From the NCBI GenBank assembly GCA_030141605.1, contig JAQGDQ010000292.1, forward strand, positions 230,263 to 294,262: DNA of 64,000 nucleotides, written 5' to 3'. Of this stretch, positions 45,746 through 60,700 are shown piece after piece. The notes beneath the pieces are model-generated. The model searched no databases, was not told the origin of the DNA, and saw nothing but the letters and a program-made list of their open reading frames with translations. Position numbers and translations under genes: made by a program. This stretch comes from Tubiluchus corallicola. Taxonomy: Eukaryota; Animalia; Priapulida. Position 1 is the stretch's first letter. The number at the start of each line of letters is the position of its first letter.

Positions 45746-48700
45746 CTTTTTTTGCTATAGGTGCACTGTTACTTGCATCTTTGATGTCAGGTTCTGATAC
45801 AAATTGTAGTTCCTTATCTACAATTACTGCTCTTGTCTGAAAAAAAAACCGTTGCTGTTAAAACTGTTGATGAAGATTCCCTGTAATGCATGTGAATATA
45901 TATATTATTATTACTTATTCTGTGAAATCAGGAAGTATTTGCAATTTTGAATAAGAGTTAATTTTTGCCAAGCTAGTCCAACAATTGTGAACATGGAATC
46001 AAAAAAACCATTTTTCACAAAACAAGACTAGTCCAAACTTTGTTATGACAGAAGTTACCCAGCATGGAAAAATAGTATCAAGTTACTTTCAACAAACCTT
46101 CTTAATTGGAATATCAGATACTTCAGCAGCTGCAGGTGTTTCCACACCAATTTCTGAAACTGTAATGAACACACTTAAATCGCAACCAATTTTTACAGAA
46201 AATGTAACAGTTAAAATCGACAATATGGTATAATCTAAGACAAAGCCAGTGTTCACAATTTATGTTTACTTTCATAAAAATGCAAAGTCTAGTACAGGAA
46301 ACTCTTGTATACTACCGTACTCCAACAAAGTACTTCAAACTAGTATTCAAAAATACATGGCTCTTATAAGTCAGTACAATAATATACGTTTTTTTGCATT
46401 ATATTTATATACCTTGTTCAGCAATGTAGTTAGAAGGAAAAAATCCCTGTTGTCCATCGGTCATTTCACCCATCCACCAATTTTCATTATCTTTGTATAA
46501 TATTGTAATCAAGTCACCGGCTGTAAATGATAGTTCATCTGACCGCTGTGCTTTGTAATCATACAATGCAACAACCTGAAATATACAAAGAACAGTTCTA
46601 TTAGAATATTTTAAAGGAGAAATTGACTATAAAAGCAAATGGATGTTATTAAAAAGGATATATGTGCAAAGCAAAAAGTTATTTCTATCTTAAATGTCTT
46701 AACAAGAAAGCTTTCTGACTGAAATACCATGATAATTTTATGGAAAAAAGAGTACCTGCTACACCAATGAGAAACATGTCAAACAAGAAAAGCTAAGACA
46801 AAAATGACCAGAAGAAAGGTTGCAAAATCGAATGAAATGCATTACGACTAAGTTGGTCAGTGGTTACTTCTGTTATTACCTAAAAATGTTCATGTAATTT
46901 CCGAAACAAAACCAGTAAACAATAATTAATATAGACACCTGTGCATAGCTAAGTGCATCAGTATGAATCTGTGCAGTTGTCGTCTGGCGTCCTGATTGAG
47001 GGTGATGGACAGGACTTGACCTGCCAACTGAAATGGAAAATATAAAAATAATTCAGGTAATTTTAAAATATATAACATAATTAGACTTACTTAGCAAATC
47101 CAATCTTAAGCATGCAAATATGAGAGAGCTCTCATAACTAAATAAACATAAATAGCTAACATAAATAAAATGTAGAATGTACTTTCCGCTTATAATGACT
47201 TTCAAGGGGCCGTGAAAATTTCCCCACTATAACCAAAGCTCTTTATAGCTGAGGTCAACTGTCTAAGCGTATGTACAAGATCAAAATGAAGCCTGTAAGG
47301 CAGATATAATGATTATTATGATTCATTGTGTCGTCTGCTGATAGCAGAGTGTGTGTTTTGTATGAGTGTGACAGTACTTGTGGCAAGACCCTAGAGGCCT
47401 GTATGGGTGGAAAACGCAACAGGTTTCTATCTAGCGTGGACACAAGCATCTCTATTTTTATTTAAATAGCTGTGCAAGTGCAATATGATTTATGATTATG
47501 AGCATTTCAGGATGGACCTACGTTAGCTAATAACAAAGCCTACATTCTGGCTAGCCTACGTGTTACTTAATGTTAAATCATTGTATTTATTTAAAACTGC
47601 ATTTTGATTAAAAATTTAGCTGTCAAAATGCAAATGTCACAGAATTATTAAGTCTGCAAAACAACACAGTATTTTTTAAACTCGTTTATTTTTCCCTAGT
47701 TCACATTAAATTCCACCAGCTTTATTCAAGGAGTTGTCAAGTTTTAAAAGATATATGAGAACATGTCATTATGACTTGCCAGATGAAAACACAAAAATTA
47801 CCGAAGTTCAGCAAAGGCTTTAACTCTCATTCGAGCTTAAAGTGTCGACAAACTGATTCTTTTTTGCATCTGAATCATTATGCTTGCATCTGAATCATTA
47901 TCACAATCATTGTGACTTTAATCTACAATTAAGCAAGTAGCTGATGACATGTCTGCATGTGCTACACATGTCCCTGATATTTCATGCATGACCAAGAAAT
48001 TAATTCACTACTGGACACGGGGATCTTTTTTCCTTCGTGAGTGGTGCCTACTTAGTTTGTCCATTGTTTTAGAACTTCTGCTCGCTATATGCAGAGGAAG
48101 TACAATCATAAATTCCCTCGTAATAAACAAGATCTCATAATATCGGAGCACGCTGTAAGTAAGGTTTAAATATATTATTTAAGATTTAGATTTAGCGGGA
48201 TTGAAATTTGCTCATAATAACTAGAGGATCATTATAACAGGCCTATTATATGTGCATTATACTGTATAATTTTTTTCATGAGCTTTCACCTAACAGGGTT
48301 CACCAGCTGAAAATTACAGATAACATGTTAAGATAGTATGTACAAGTTTGCAATGAAAAATGAAAAGCAAAACAGTAGCTCAACATCATAAATTTAAAAA
48401 AATGAGTTAAAACAAAAAAGTAAAAACAACTGAATAGAAAGAAAAAATCAACCAGCCAACTAAAATGTAACCAATCTAACAAATATGCACAAAATGATCA
48501 TACTAACCCTCGCTAAAATGAGGTCGTGGTGAGCGAAGATGGTGTAGTTGCGAAGAAAGATGTTGTTGCTGTTGCTCATCTAATGGATTTCTTGCATGAG
48601 GTGAGAATGAAGATGGGGCCTGGAAGGCAACACAACAGAAATCAGACTTGCCATGTTGATAGTATCCTGCACTCAAAAATAATATCGAATAGGCCTAGCT

Positions 48701-51700
48701 ATTTCAAAATAAATTACCGCGAATATTATGTTTCATTTGAATAAGACGCATTTACCTGGTAAATCGTTTCCAAGTAATGAGACTGATCAAAAGTTGATCC
48801 CCATGACAATGCTGTGGAGTCATACATTGAGTAATACCGGTCACCTGAACAAGAACAAGATAAAAATAACAAGCCAATAAATTTATCTTTGCATAAGTCT
48901 TAATTATCAAAATATATTTAAAGCGCTAATATATACTGCCGTAATAATTCACATTAAAATCAAAGAATACCCTTTCTTTGCTACAGGCGCATAATCATAG
49001 AAGATTTAGTAGTTGTAGTAGTAGTAGGCAGTTTAGTCTGACAATTTGCAACATAAAAAGTTACGCTTACAATGTGACAGTCATAGATGTCAAGAAGACT
49101 GCCACAAAAAGCCTGTAGGATCGCTGATGTGGCAGCCACTAGAAAATCATAATATTTAACATGATACAAGATTTATTAAGCCTATTTTGCTTTTCTCATG
49201 TAAAAGAGATTGTAAATGACACACTCATATAATGCTAGAGTCTTACGTGATGCAAGAATTGCAGTAACATTAAAAAACAGGCACTTAATCAACGAGTCTA
49301 TAGTAATCCTGGACATAATCAAATACTGTTAAGGAATAAAACCAAACTTGCATTTTATTAATAAGATTGACATTAAGGGTTTTTAAGATGACAGTTATTA
49401 AAATGTTCGCTAAATTACATGTTGGTAATAAAATGCAGTTGGTATATATAGTAACCAGGTAAATTACACGAATCATTATAAGTAGAGAGATATTACTCTT
49501 TTAGTTCTTTAACTTTGCAGCTTCATTCATAATTTTTATTATTAAACAACTTAAATTTAACACTACAAGAGATAGTATTTTAGGTGCAACTATTTTAATG
49601 CCGAAGACCACTTACGTTGTTTAGGTGATGTAACTGCAACAGATTTTTCTCCAGCAGCTATGATGGGCTCTGTTTTCCGACGAGCACCTTCAGTGAATGC
49701 CTAGATTATTAAATAAATGCATAACCAAATATGGATCTAGCAAGGAAGCATGCAGTAAAAGCAATTAACCAAATTTAACAAAAATGAGCAAAATGTACTT
49801 GTATAGAACTGTTACAACTTCAAGCTCAAATGTACAATATATCTTATACAAACACTGAGAATCGAGTGGAAAATGAAAAACTTGTGCAGTATAACCATAG
49901 TAGTTTACTAATAGTTGGGTTCAACAAACAAACAACAAGTAGAATTTCTACAAATGATTTTTTTGAAACCATTTTAAATTATATCTAGAAGCAACTATAC
50001 AGCTGAAAGAACACGATTTGTTTTAAATGCGTTTCAGACAGCTAAATTCATTGATTTTGGCATTTTAAAGTAAAGTAACATTCTTTTAACAAAATATGAA
50101 GCATACATACTGTGACAGAGTTAAGTTTTCGCATCACTCTGTCTAACCTCCTCGCACCAGTTGCTACACTAATAGAAGTGGGTGTCTCTTCTTTCAAATC
50201 GACAGGTACATTTTGCAAATCTGTAACTCTCTGAAACATCATTCCAACCTGTGCAACTGTAAAATACGAACATCAGCAGATTCATATATCTTCACAAAAC
50301 AAAAAAGAAAAAACAAAAACTGAAAAGAAAAGAAATCTATCAGGCCATTTTAATTTGAACTAACAACATCTACCAAGCATGGATTAAAACACTAGTACTG
50401 ATTAGCATATTATGCACACTATACCACCCGAGTTTCTGTTTACGGTATCGAGACCCTATAAAAGTAATAACAACTAATAAGCAAAAAACAGTTGACATAA
50501 ATAAATTTAACCTATAACTTGATGAGCAAAGATTTACCTTTTGGATCATACTTGTAGACTAGAACCGGGTAATTTTCTTTGAAAGAGCAGAAGGCAATAA
50601 TGTGATCGTGAGGGTGGTATGCTACATCAGTAACTGTGTGCTTATAGTTAAGCTCAGAATACACTGCAACTTGATCACCTGGACAAATATACATTAGTAA
50701 TAACCACAATAACAAGTTAGTTCTCAAAAATACATTAATATTTTTTCATAGTATCTTGTTTCACTTTTACAGCAGAATCCTTGCTTGTAATATAATTCAT
50801 TATTCAGGAACAGGAGGTGACTTTAACATGCTGCTAAATCCCATTATAACAATGCAAACGTGTTAAGGCAGCTAACAGAGAAACAGAATCCGTGAAATTC
50901 TGCAATTAATTAGAATGTCAACAATGAAACATGCTTGAGTAATTTTTTATTCTCGGAAAAGAGCTAAAAGACGTCTTTCTACCTAATTAAAATAGACAAA
51001 ATTGTGGAAATATGTGACAAAACTGCCTCACTAGAAATGCACTTCACATCAACTTCTCTGATGTACACTTAATAACGACTGCATACAGTGCATTTACTCT
51101 TAATAAAACAAAGGGTTAACATATGCAGACATTATATAAAATATTGGCTATGAAGACATTTAAAAATTGGCAAACAAATTTGGAAGTTTGTATTTTTCAT
51201 ATCACCCGTTTAACAAGAAGGTTGGCATTTCTATGCATATCCGTAGTAAAAGAAGTAGCAGGGGAAACGATTTTATAGGATTCTAGTTAAAAAGATTTTA
51301 TTCAAAAAAAAACTTTATTAACAAACACTTTGATATTCCCAAATCTCAATAATCTTGAATTACAAAGTTGAAATATTTTAGTGAGTCGTGTAGCTTCATG
51401 GTAGAATTCCCGTACTTTGTGCAAACAGAGTGGGTTTGATACTCGCTTCTGGCAATACCATGCTTAAGTATAGGCAGTTTAAATCGTGGAAGAAGGATGT
51501 ATATAATCAAATTGGAGCCGAGATACCTCTGCCAGATCACTGGCTCATGTTTGAGGTATATCCTTGAAAAGGCTGAGATGGTTAACCATTTAAATGTTTA
51601 ACCAACCACTAACTGGTGTAACCATTTATGGATACATAAGTTTTCTATGTATCATGTTAATGAAACCTTGTATCTTTTCTCAGTTGGTGTATGCAGTTAG

Positions 51701-54700
51701 CAATGTCCTGCTTACATAAAACTGTACTAATTACAATACTGTTCCATTAATCTGGTTGCCTAAAGAGCATTGAAAACGGTTATTTGCAAAAAGTTATTCA
51801 TAAGATGCCACCATGTTGGACATTCTCGCTGGAGCAAGCTCGTTGTGCATTGATATTCAGAGTTTGCGCATGTGGTGATTCCATGATGTGAAAGTAAACA
51901 TGGCATGATTCTGTAATTGCATCGCAGGTATTTCTTTATAAAGTGAATTTTGTAGTTCGAAAACTTCAAAAGGATTCATAATTTATTCACGCACTGAACA
52001 AATACTAAGTTGAGTGAAATTATATGATGGTATAATGGGGTTAGAGTTAGAAAATTTCTTCATGTTAGTTCTCCACGTGTATTCGATATTTTGTTACGGT
52101 ATAACATCATCAGGAACGTTTAAATGGTTAGTTAAAAAGCAACCATCTCAGCCCTAATCCTTGATAATGAGCTATGATTCATTCAACCACACACATCTCT
52201 TAGACTTTCTGAAATGCAGCACACCGAACTATACAAGAAAATTGTGCTACTATTTCTTTTACAATCAATGAAAATATATGAACTGTTTGATAAAACAGTA
52301 AACAATTGGAGTGACAGGACTACTTAAATGTGTAGACATACCTGAAGCAACATTCCAAACATATCCCATTCCATCTTCACTGCCACTTATTAGAAATGTA
52401 CCACAAGGTGACAGGGTACTACGAACTCTCTCACGAAAGTTCAGCGCTCCCACGTACTTCTGTGTAACTGATAAACTATAACAATGATGGACATTTTAGT
52501 AACTAGACTAAGGTGACATGAGGTAACAGGATGCTTACATTATCCTAATTTAGGTTGTTCATATATTGTAAAAACGTATTTTCAATGGAATACATGGAAT
52601 ACAATAGAATAAAAATTTCCTTACATTCTAAGATCGAGCATTTGAAGTGTGTTGTCCTTGCACTGTAGCACTAATTTGTGCCCGCTAGGATGAATATGCA
52701 TGTCATTGATTGGTGTACCCAGCAGCTCAGGGTCATTAATTTGCTTATAAAGAGTCCATTCTCTTAACAAACCTAGTGAAAATAGTAAGAGTTAAAAATG
52801 CCAATTAAGCAAAATAAGAGAGGGTTGCAAAGGCAGGAGTTAATCAACCATGCAAGTCAGTCATTTGCAATTATAAATATATTGTAGATTAATCGCTTTC
52901 AGGATTTTTCACATACCTTTCTTAGATTTCTTGTCCGTGACATATACATTCCAAATGCAGATGATCCCTTTGCTGTCCGCTGAATAAAGTTTGTCACCAT
53001 CTTCATCAAATCTTAGACAGTTTATTAGAGATTTATGTCCTTGTAGAAACTGTTCTTGTAATAACTAAAAACCAACAAAATTTTGCATGATGATGATCAA
53101 AACTTCTCTGACAAGGGAAAAATTTATAAATGGATGTCGATGAGTATTTAATTACCTGGGCTATGTGTTCAAGAGTGCACAGGTTAGGTCACTAAAAGCT
53201 ATTGAAAAGTAGCCTGACGATTTACATATTTACATATTCAACGTCATAAGCATTATACACCTCATTAACATCATGAGAACTAATATATATAGGACTTAAT
53301 TAGTGTAGTTACACAGAGATGAGTTACAGCATCAAAGCTACTAGAAATAAAGGTGGATCAGAGTCAAAGATTTTTTGTACTTTTTCCTCAGTGGCATTAG
53401 TTACTGTTACTTATTGCTTAGCCAAGAAATATACCTGAACAGCAATATACATATCACTGGTAAGCAGATGAAAAAACTGAATGTTTTCTTATTATCACCA
53501 TTCTCACCGACATTGACAAAAATAAAAAAGTCACACATTACCCCCTCAGAGCCTGATTCTAAATCACTGAAACTCCAGACACGAACCACGTGATCATAAC
53601 CACCTGTCACCAGTACTAAACTCACACGCGGGTGAAATTGTGCTGCATAAACAAATCCTGGATGTGGCAATCGTCTTACAGCGGTGTCTCTCATATCTGC
53701 ACAATTCCACAGCCTAGACACAATACAAATTACAAACAACCTTTAACTACCCTGTGTTTCCATTAACATTTACGTAAATTTTCCTAACAGATAGGTATGC
53801 ACAATAGAATGGCAAGACAGCACATTCACATATGCTTTTTGTTTCAGAACATAAGCATTTGGTTCAGTTACCTATGTAAGCAACTTCTGAAAATGCAAAT
53901 CAGAATAATGGTGAAATGATGCCTATGCACAAGCCGGCTTCTTAAACAATTTGCAATTTATACTATTTATAGGAATCTTGTGCTGTCTGCACAAGCAAAG
54001 TTAGTTTTTTATCATTTTGTCTCTTATACATAGCTTCATCATGTATATAAGTTAACTTAAGTTTAATGATGTGTTTTATGACTGTATGTACTGCAATGCA
54101 AATTAAAAAAGCAAACGTACAGATATGGCTACCATCTTGCAGAAGTAAAACACTGTTACTCGCTTATTGAGTTTTTCTGCCAAGCTACCTGGATAATTAT
54201 GTAATTTAGAAACCATGTATTGTTGACATGGATATGTTTTTTCGTAAAAATTTAAAATGCAAAGTAACTTTATTGTGACATCACAACATAAAAATTGGCT
54301 AAAAACTCCATAAATGAGACAAGCATCATGATGATGATGTAGACCACTCTTCACAAGTAACCCAAAAATTTACCTTATATGTTCTTACCTAGCAGTACCA
54401 TCTGATGAAACAAAGAGTAATAGTTTATCGTTTTAGACCAGCTTAAATCATAAAAATGATCTGTTCTTACCTAGCAGTACCTGGTGAAGCAGAGAGTAAT
54501 AATTTATTATCTTTGAACCAGCTTAAATCATAAAAATGATCTGTTCTTACCTAGCAGTACCATCTGATGAAGCAGAGAGTAATAGTTTATCATCTTTGGA
54601 CTAGCTGAAATCATAAATTTGATCTGTTCTTACCTAGCAGTACCATCTGATGAAGGAGAGAGTAATAGTTTATCATCTTTGGACCAGCTTAAACCATAAA

Positions 54701-57700
54701 TTTCATCTGTTCTTACCTAGCAGTACCATCTGATGAAGCAGAGAGTAATAGTTTATCATCTTTGGACCAGCTTAAATCATAAACTATACCAAAATGACCA
54801 TTCAGTTTTGCAACAAATTCGCCTGATGGAATCTGGAAAATATGAAATACTTTCAGCACGCTTCTTATTTAGAGAAAATGTTAATAACTAAAGCTCATTA
54901 CAAAATCAATAAAAATATAAATTGTTTTTAGTTTTTATGCAAAGTTCAGCAAATACACATTAATTTAAGCACAACTAAATGAACAGCATTCAAATTGTTC
55001 CAGGCCATAAAAAGTTTCAAGCACAGAAATAAAATAGTTGCATGTCTTACTATAAACAAAGTGCCAACAAAAAACTATTTTCCACAAGTTTTTTCATAAG
55101 ATGGTAACTAAACATTATTAACAAAATTGAGTGCCAAAGTAAAAATACTACTGCATTACATAAATCTCAGGTAATATAACACAAATAAACATATTTTATA
55201 AACCAGATCTATGAAATAACAGTCATGCCTATTTTAAATTATTGCCAAGCTGGTATAATGTGCATTTCAAGTGAGTAAGATTGCGGTTTTTCGTATAGTT
55301 TTACAATATGAGAAAAACACTAAACTTTTCCTTTAATTGGCATTAATGTTTCATACCTGATATATCATAAGGGGATATGTATCTTTGTCTTGACAACCAC
55401 ATGCCAAGTATCTGAAACACAGAAAATGAGACCTTCATGTATTTATAATCTCAAAATGTCAACAGAAATAACACTAATTCAATACTTGCACACATTTTGA
55501 GTTACTGTATGTTTTTTCTGCAATAGTTTGCCCTATAAACTAATTGACACTCAAAATTGAAAGATGCTATATGTGTTTATCAAAAAAAAAATGCTGATTA
55601 AAATTTCACACACATTTCACAAAGCATGCTGCTAGCACAGGTGAGTGTCTTCTCAGCAGTTTTGAAAACTTGATTTGACTTCCAAAAGTGCCTTAAATCT
55701 GTTGTACTGATCAGCCTAATAGCCATTATCTTACTTTATTTAACCACGCTACTGTTCTAGATCGTTCTTACTTGCCATCATTGGAGAAGCTGATTGTGAA
55801 ACAACGATTATTCCCAGATGACAGTGACAGGAAAGCTTTGTTTGGCACTTTACATGGTTGACCTTTTAATCTACTCCATGTCGATGGCATTGATTTTGGT
55901 TCCCTTTAATAAATAAATACAATATATAAACAAAATTAAATAAACACAGTGAAGAAATGTTAAAAAATCACGAAGATTTATGCGTTGTGTTTCACCGCTG
56001 TTATGACAATTAATTTAGTGAAAATTAATGGACATGCTATCCAAGAATTTAGTCAAAAGAATTTGGTTTTACATCACGGTAGTCATTTAGCTACTCATAA
56101 ATGGATGCAGACAGCTGTTATATCGCAAATTAAATCATAAAATTACAAAGACAGAAGTGCTACTCATTTTCTACAGATTTTACCACCGCAAATATACGTG
56201 TGTTATTAAATCCACACACTGCAAGGTCCCCATACACGACAGCCACCAGTAAAATGCTAGCAGTACATGATTTTAACTACAAATTAGTCAGTCAAATACA
56301 GGTAGTTGTCGCTTACGACCGTTCGACTTTACGACCCAACCGCAACTTAATTAATTACGTAAAACCAAATATAACTCTTTTTTTTCTATTTTTTAAACAA
56401 ATTAGCCTTAAATTGCTATACGTTTTGACAAATTAATAGAAGGCGCCACCATACATAGTGTGCACGTACACACAACGTCTTCTGTGTGGTGGTGCACCAC
56501 TAACCTAGAAAATAAGGGTCCCATTTGCATCCAACTAGTCTTATTGTGGCCATAAATCAATGATTACCCGTATAATCCTCATAATTAAAGCTGAGAATAT
56601 AGTAATTCTGTAAGTTGGTCATGTTTGAAAAACATTTGAAAAACAAAGGTTCAAATCTGATTGTTAAGTTTCTGTTATTTCTGTTGCTTTTCACACTGTG
56701 ACCTTTGCTTGTCAGTTTTTCCATGCCCAAAGCCTAGTTTCAGGGAAAAACTTACAATGACCTAAAATTTCTAAACTGAATTGCAAATCTACAAAATGAA
56801 AAAATAAAAGCAACATCACTCGAATAACTTACTCAATAAAGAATTTAAGTTTTGACTCGGATGCTTTAACTAAGTCTTCAAATGAAAACCTTGCCCGCTC
56901 TTCTTGTACAGCAAACATGGAACGTGAGCTTGGCTCCATGTTGGACGGAAGAACAATACCGGTTACAGTCACATATAGGGTACTAGGATATTTACGCCGT
57001 GTGTTACACAACCACCATTCATAAACCTACGTACAACAAACAGTACAAAAAATATTAAAAGGTCAAAAAGCATTGCACCAAAAATAACGAAAACTGTGTT
57101 CTAACCTTCAGAATCACTTATAATTTTCTTTTTACCAGCTTACTATACTAACTGAGTTTACGTGGTACCACGAAAACTATTTTAAGGGAGTATATATAAT
57201 GTATCAATGAATGTCTTTCATCCCAGATAAGTTCTGTAAATTAATGGTCAGCATAAATAATTGTGACAGAAATTTGAATGAAAATGCTGTAATGTACAAC
57301 ATAAATTCGTAGAACCACACAAACATGTCCTGGAGACCTTGTAGATAACCTTTTCAACATCTAACAGAATTCGAGAATCGAATAAATTGAACTTGAAAAT
57401 TTTCAACCACACACAAAATTAAAAAGTTTTTAACTTACATCAATTGTATCAGGTTTGCTTTTATACCTGGTAGGTGGCAGATAAAGCTGCAACCTAGCCT
57501 TTTTCCCCGTGTTTAATTTTTTATTAGCACCCACGATCTAAAATAAAAAATAACAGTTAAATTTGTATTATTACATGTTTGTGATTGCTTACTAGCAGTC
57601 CAGCTAAAAGATGAAGCGATCATCTGAATCATTACAATCATAGACATCACCATCGCCATCAATGTCATCATGACTTCCATGCATTTTAATCATATACAAC

Positions 57701-60700
57701 TTTTGCTTAAGCTGTCGGCCTTGATGCTAACTTTAAACTAATGCAGTACCTAACACTGTTGGCCCTAGTTCATATGTCCCTTCAAGCCCGTGAGACATAT
57801 TATTCTTCACTAGAATTCTAAACAACACTCAGGTTGCAATGGGCTATCAGTTTAAAATTTTTGACTATATGCAGTTTTCTGCAGTAAATAGAAATTGATT
57901 GTCTTTATCTCTATAAGCGTGAAAGTCAATATAACAAAACCCTATCATATAAAGCCATTTTTGTTACTAATAGGCAGATAGTTTGTATTGCCGTTTAAAA
58001 ATACCTTCAGAAAGGCCCATGCTATCCGATGCCAACCAAACCCTATCATAAAAAAGCCATTTTTGTTACAAATAGGCAGATAGTTTGTATTGCCTTTTAA
58101 AAATACCTTCAGAAAGGCCCATGCTATTCGATGCCAACCAGACTCCCGTTTCATATTGTTGTATTGTTGTTTTGCAGCTGTCATACTACCAAAATCTAAT
58201 AACTATAATAATGACAAAAAATAAATTGTAGTAACAAGATATAATTCTACAAAAATGTGAACTGAATAAAACGCAAGTTTCATCAATAAATTCTGCTCAA
58301 TCTAGGTTATTATTTTAATATAAAATGCAAGTTACCTCAAAAAGCAAAAGTACGTTCGATGATGAATCAACAAAGTAGTTGAAATTCTCATTAAAAATCA
58401 ATGATTCTTCCCAGACTGGATTCATTGACCTGGAAGAAACACACAGCACATAAACCCAGAAACACGAAATTTGTTAAAATATGATTACATTTTTAATGAA
58501 GAAACATAAAGAACTATTTTCAACAATTATTTTCATTCACAAAAAGTACTAAATCAGAAGCCGTGTCTTAATTTTAAAAACTTAAATTAGACATTCTGGT
58601 TATAATTCTTCTACGAAAAAGGAAAGGTACCAATACACGATAAAAAGTCATGTACAGCCAACTACAATATCACCACGCTGAACCATAAAATAAAAAAAGA
58701 AAAACTGCCACACTGTGGTCTTGCATCCATTTTATGTATGTATTTCAACAAAGAAAATAATAATTTTCCTTTCGAGAGTAAAATATGTAACATAACAAGC
58801 TAATTAATCTTTTGGTTTAATCTGATACTTACCGCCTTTTCTTGAAGTCAAATGGTTGTGTTGCTACTGGAAGCACAAAGTTGACAACTTTATTTGCAGT
58901 TTCATAGTATGTGGTGACTGAACGGTCTCTGTGTAAAAATATTATATGAAAAAACTTTTAACCGTTCACTCATGATAGGCTGCCAGTGTTGTAAATTTAC
59001 TTTGGCAGATTAACTAGTAAAAGGCTTTGTCAACAGACAAAGTTTTATAGTTCATAACATATAAAAATAACAAATAAACAACCAACGGTAAAGCAAAAAC
59101 CGAGGCTTCAAGATATACACGACACAATATCAAACCAAACTACAAAAGTAAAGAAAATGGCAAATTACTTGTTTAGTTTTTGTACATATTGTCCTGTTGC
59201 AGCATCTACCACATGGACTTTGACTAGAGGATGAAGCACATGTAAATCTGTCTGTAACCTATCAGTTTTATGTATGGTGATGCCTAAAACACGGCCATCA
59301 TCGGCAAACTTAGCAAGTTCTGGTTCCTTGGCATCATCATGCAGAATGGTTTCTTCAACGTCAGTTGCAAGTCTTACTGTAATGTGAATAGAAAATAAGT
59401 AAATTCAATTCCGTAAACAGTGTCACATAAAATACGCAAAAATTCTAAACGAATTGCACATTAGTCAACTCAGAAATTGTTTTTAAACTGTAAATGCTAA
59501 TAACTATCCTGCAAAATAGTGTCGAACTTCTTAAAATGCCGCAAAAAACAAGAGAATCATTACAAATTCAGCACTCCACATTGATTATAAGCTTTTACAG
59601 TGCACACTATTAAATTAAGCATCTGTGACATAAATTGCTTCAAGTTTGGTGCAGATATATTATTTTACATATTCTGATAACACATCCCAAGATGGGACCC
59701 ATAAAAGACAACTAGTGCATGCTGTTAAGTTGAAAATACATCTCAAATAATTTTTATATAAAAATAGCAGAGTAGACTGTAAAAATTAAGCATGATGTAA
59801 AAAGCGGTGCTTATGATACATTATAGCAATACTTATGATACGAAATTACTGGTTCACATTAAATGGCATTTTTCTTTTATCCAATCCATACAGATAACCA
59901 GTTTTCATTTACTTAAGCTCTATGGTTTTGAAGTGTGTTAATATGTTAAAAGAAAAAATATTCAAAAAAAGAGTGCTTTTAATTTTATGATTTCAAGATT
60001 TTTCATATAATAAAACTGACAAAAATTTTTTGCTGAAAATCTGAGCACATATCTCTCTCTTGTCTACACTTACCATGTTTGCCTTTCTTTTTTCTTTTTT
60101 CTGTAGACACTTTAAACTCTTCACTGTCAGCTTCAACGGCAATCTTTGTTTCACTCTGGAAAAATAGAGTTTCAAATCTTCAACTTTCACCAGCTTTTCA
60201 CTACACAACTATAAACTACAATGGTATTACTGCCGTTGCTTATTCAGTATTGCACTTTAATGAAAATGCATTACCGACAAATTGTCAGATATTAAAAACT
60301 ACTTAGATTATGATCAGAAACTAACATTTAAAAATTCAAAATGACAAACAACCACATCAACCAAATATACAAAAAATGCTACAGTATAGCTGCACACAAT
60401 TATACAGTGAATAAATATGTCTGAAACAACAAACAGTATAGCAGCACCACCTGATTTAACACGAGTCTATGAAATCAAACAACTTCATGAACAAAGTGGC
60501 AAGCAAAAATTTTGGGTATTGGAAGTAAGAATGGCCAATCGGATTCCCCACAGGATTTTACCTTTATGTAAGCATAAACCTAGGTATGAAAGGCTATTTA
60601 CATGTAGTCGGTACTTCCCAAAGTATGCTACCTTCTAAAGCTAGATTGTTTTCAAATAAAGAGGTCCAGACAGGAAGGTCAAACGTAACATGGGTGCTGG

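Noticed and set aside
47800-48090. Exon-looking stretch in an AHI1 intron, with a 20-bp direct repeat at about 47864-47901
   Set aside because: In-frame stops in the phases I tested; exon 48508 splices in phase directly to 47027.
54380-54783. Regularly spaced repeat superficially like a CRISPR array
   Set aside because: No unique spacers and no cas genes; the unit is a eukaryotic exon end plus donor.
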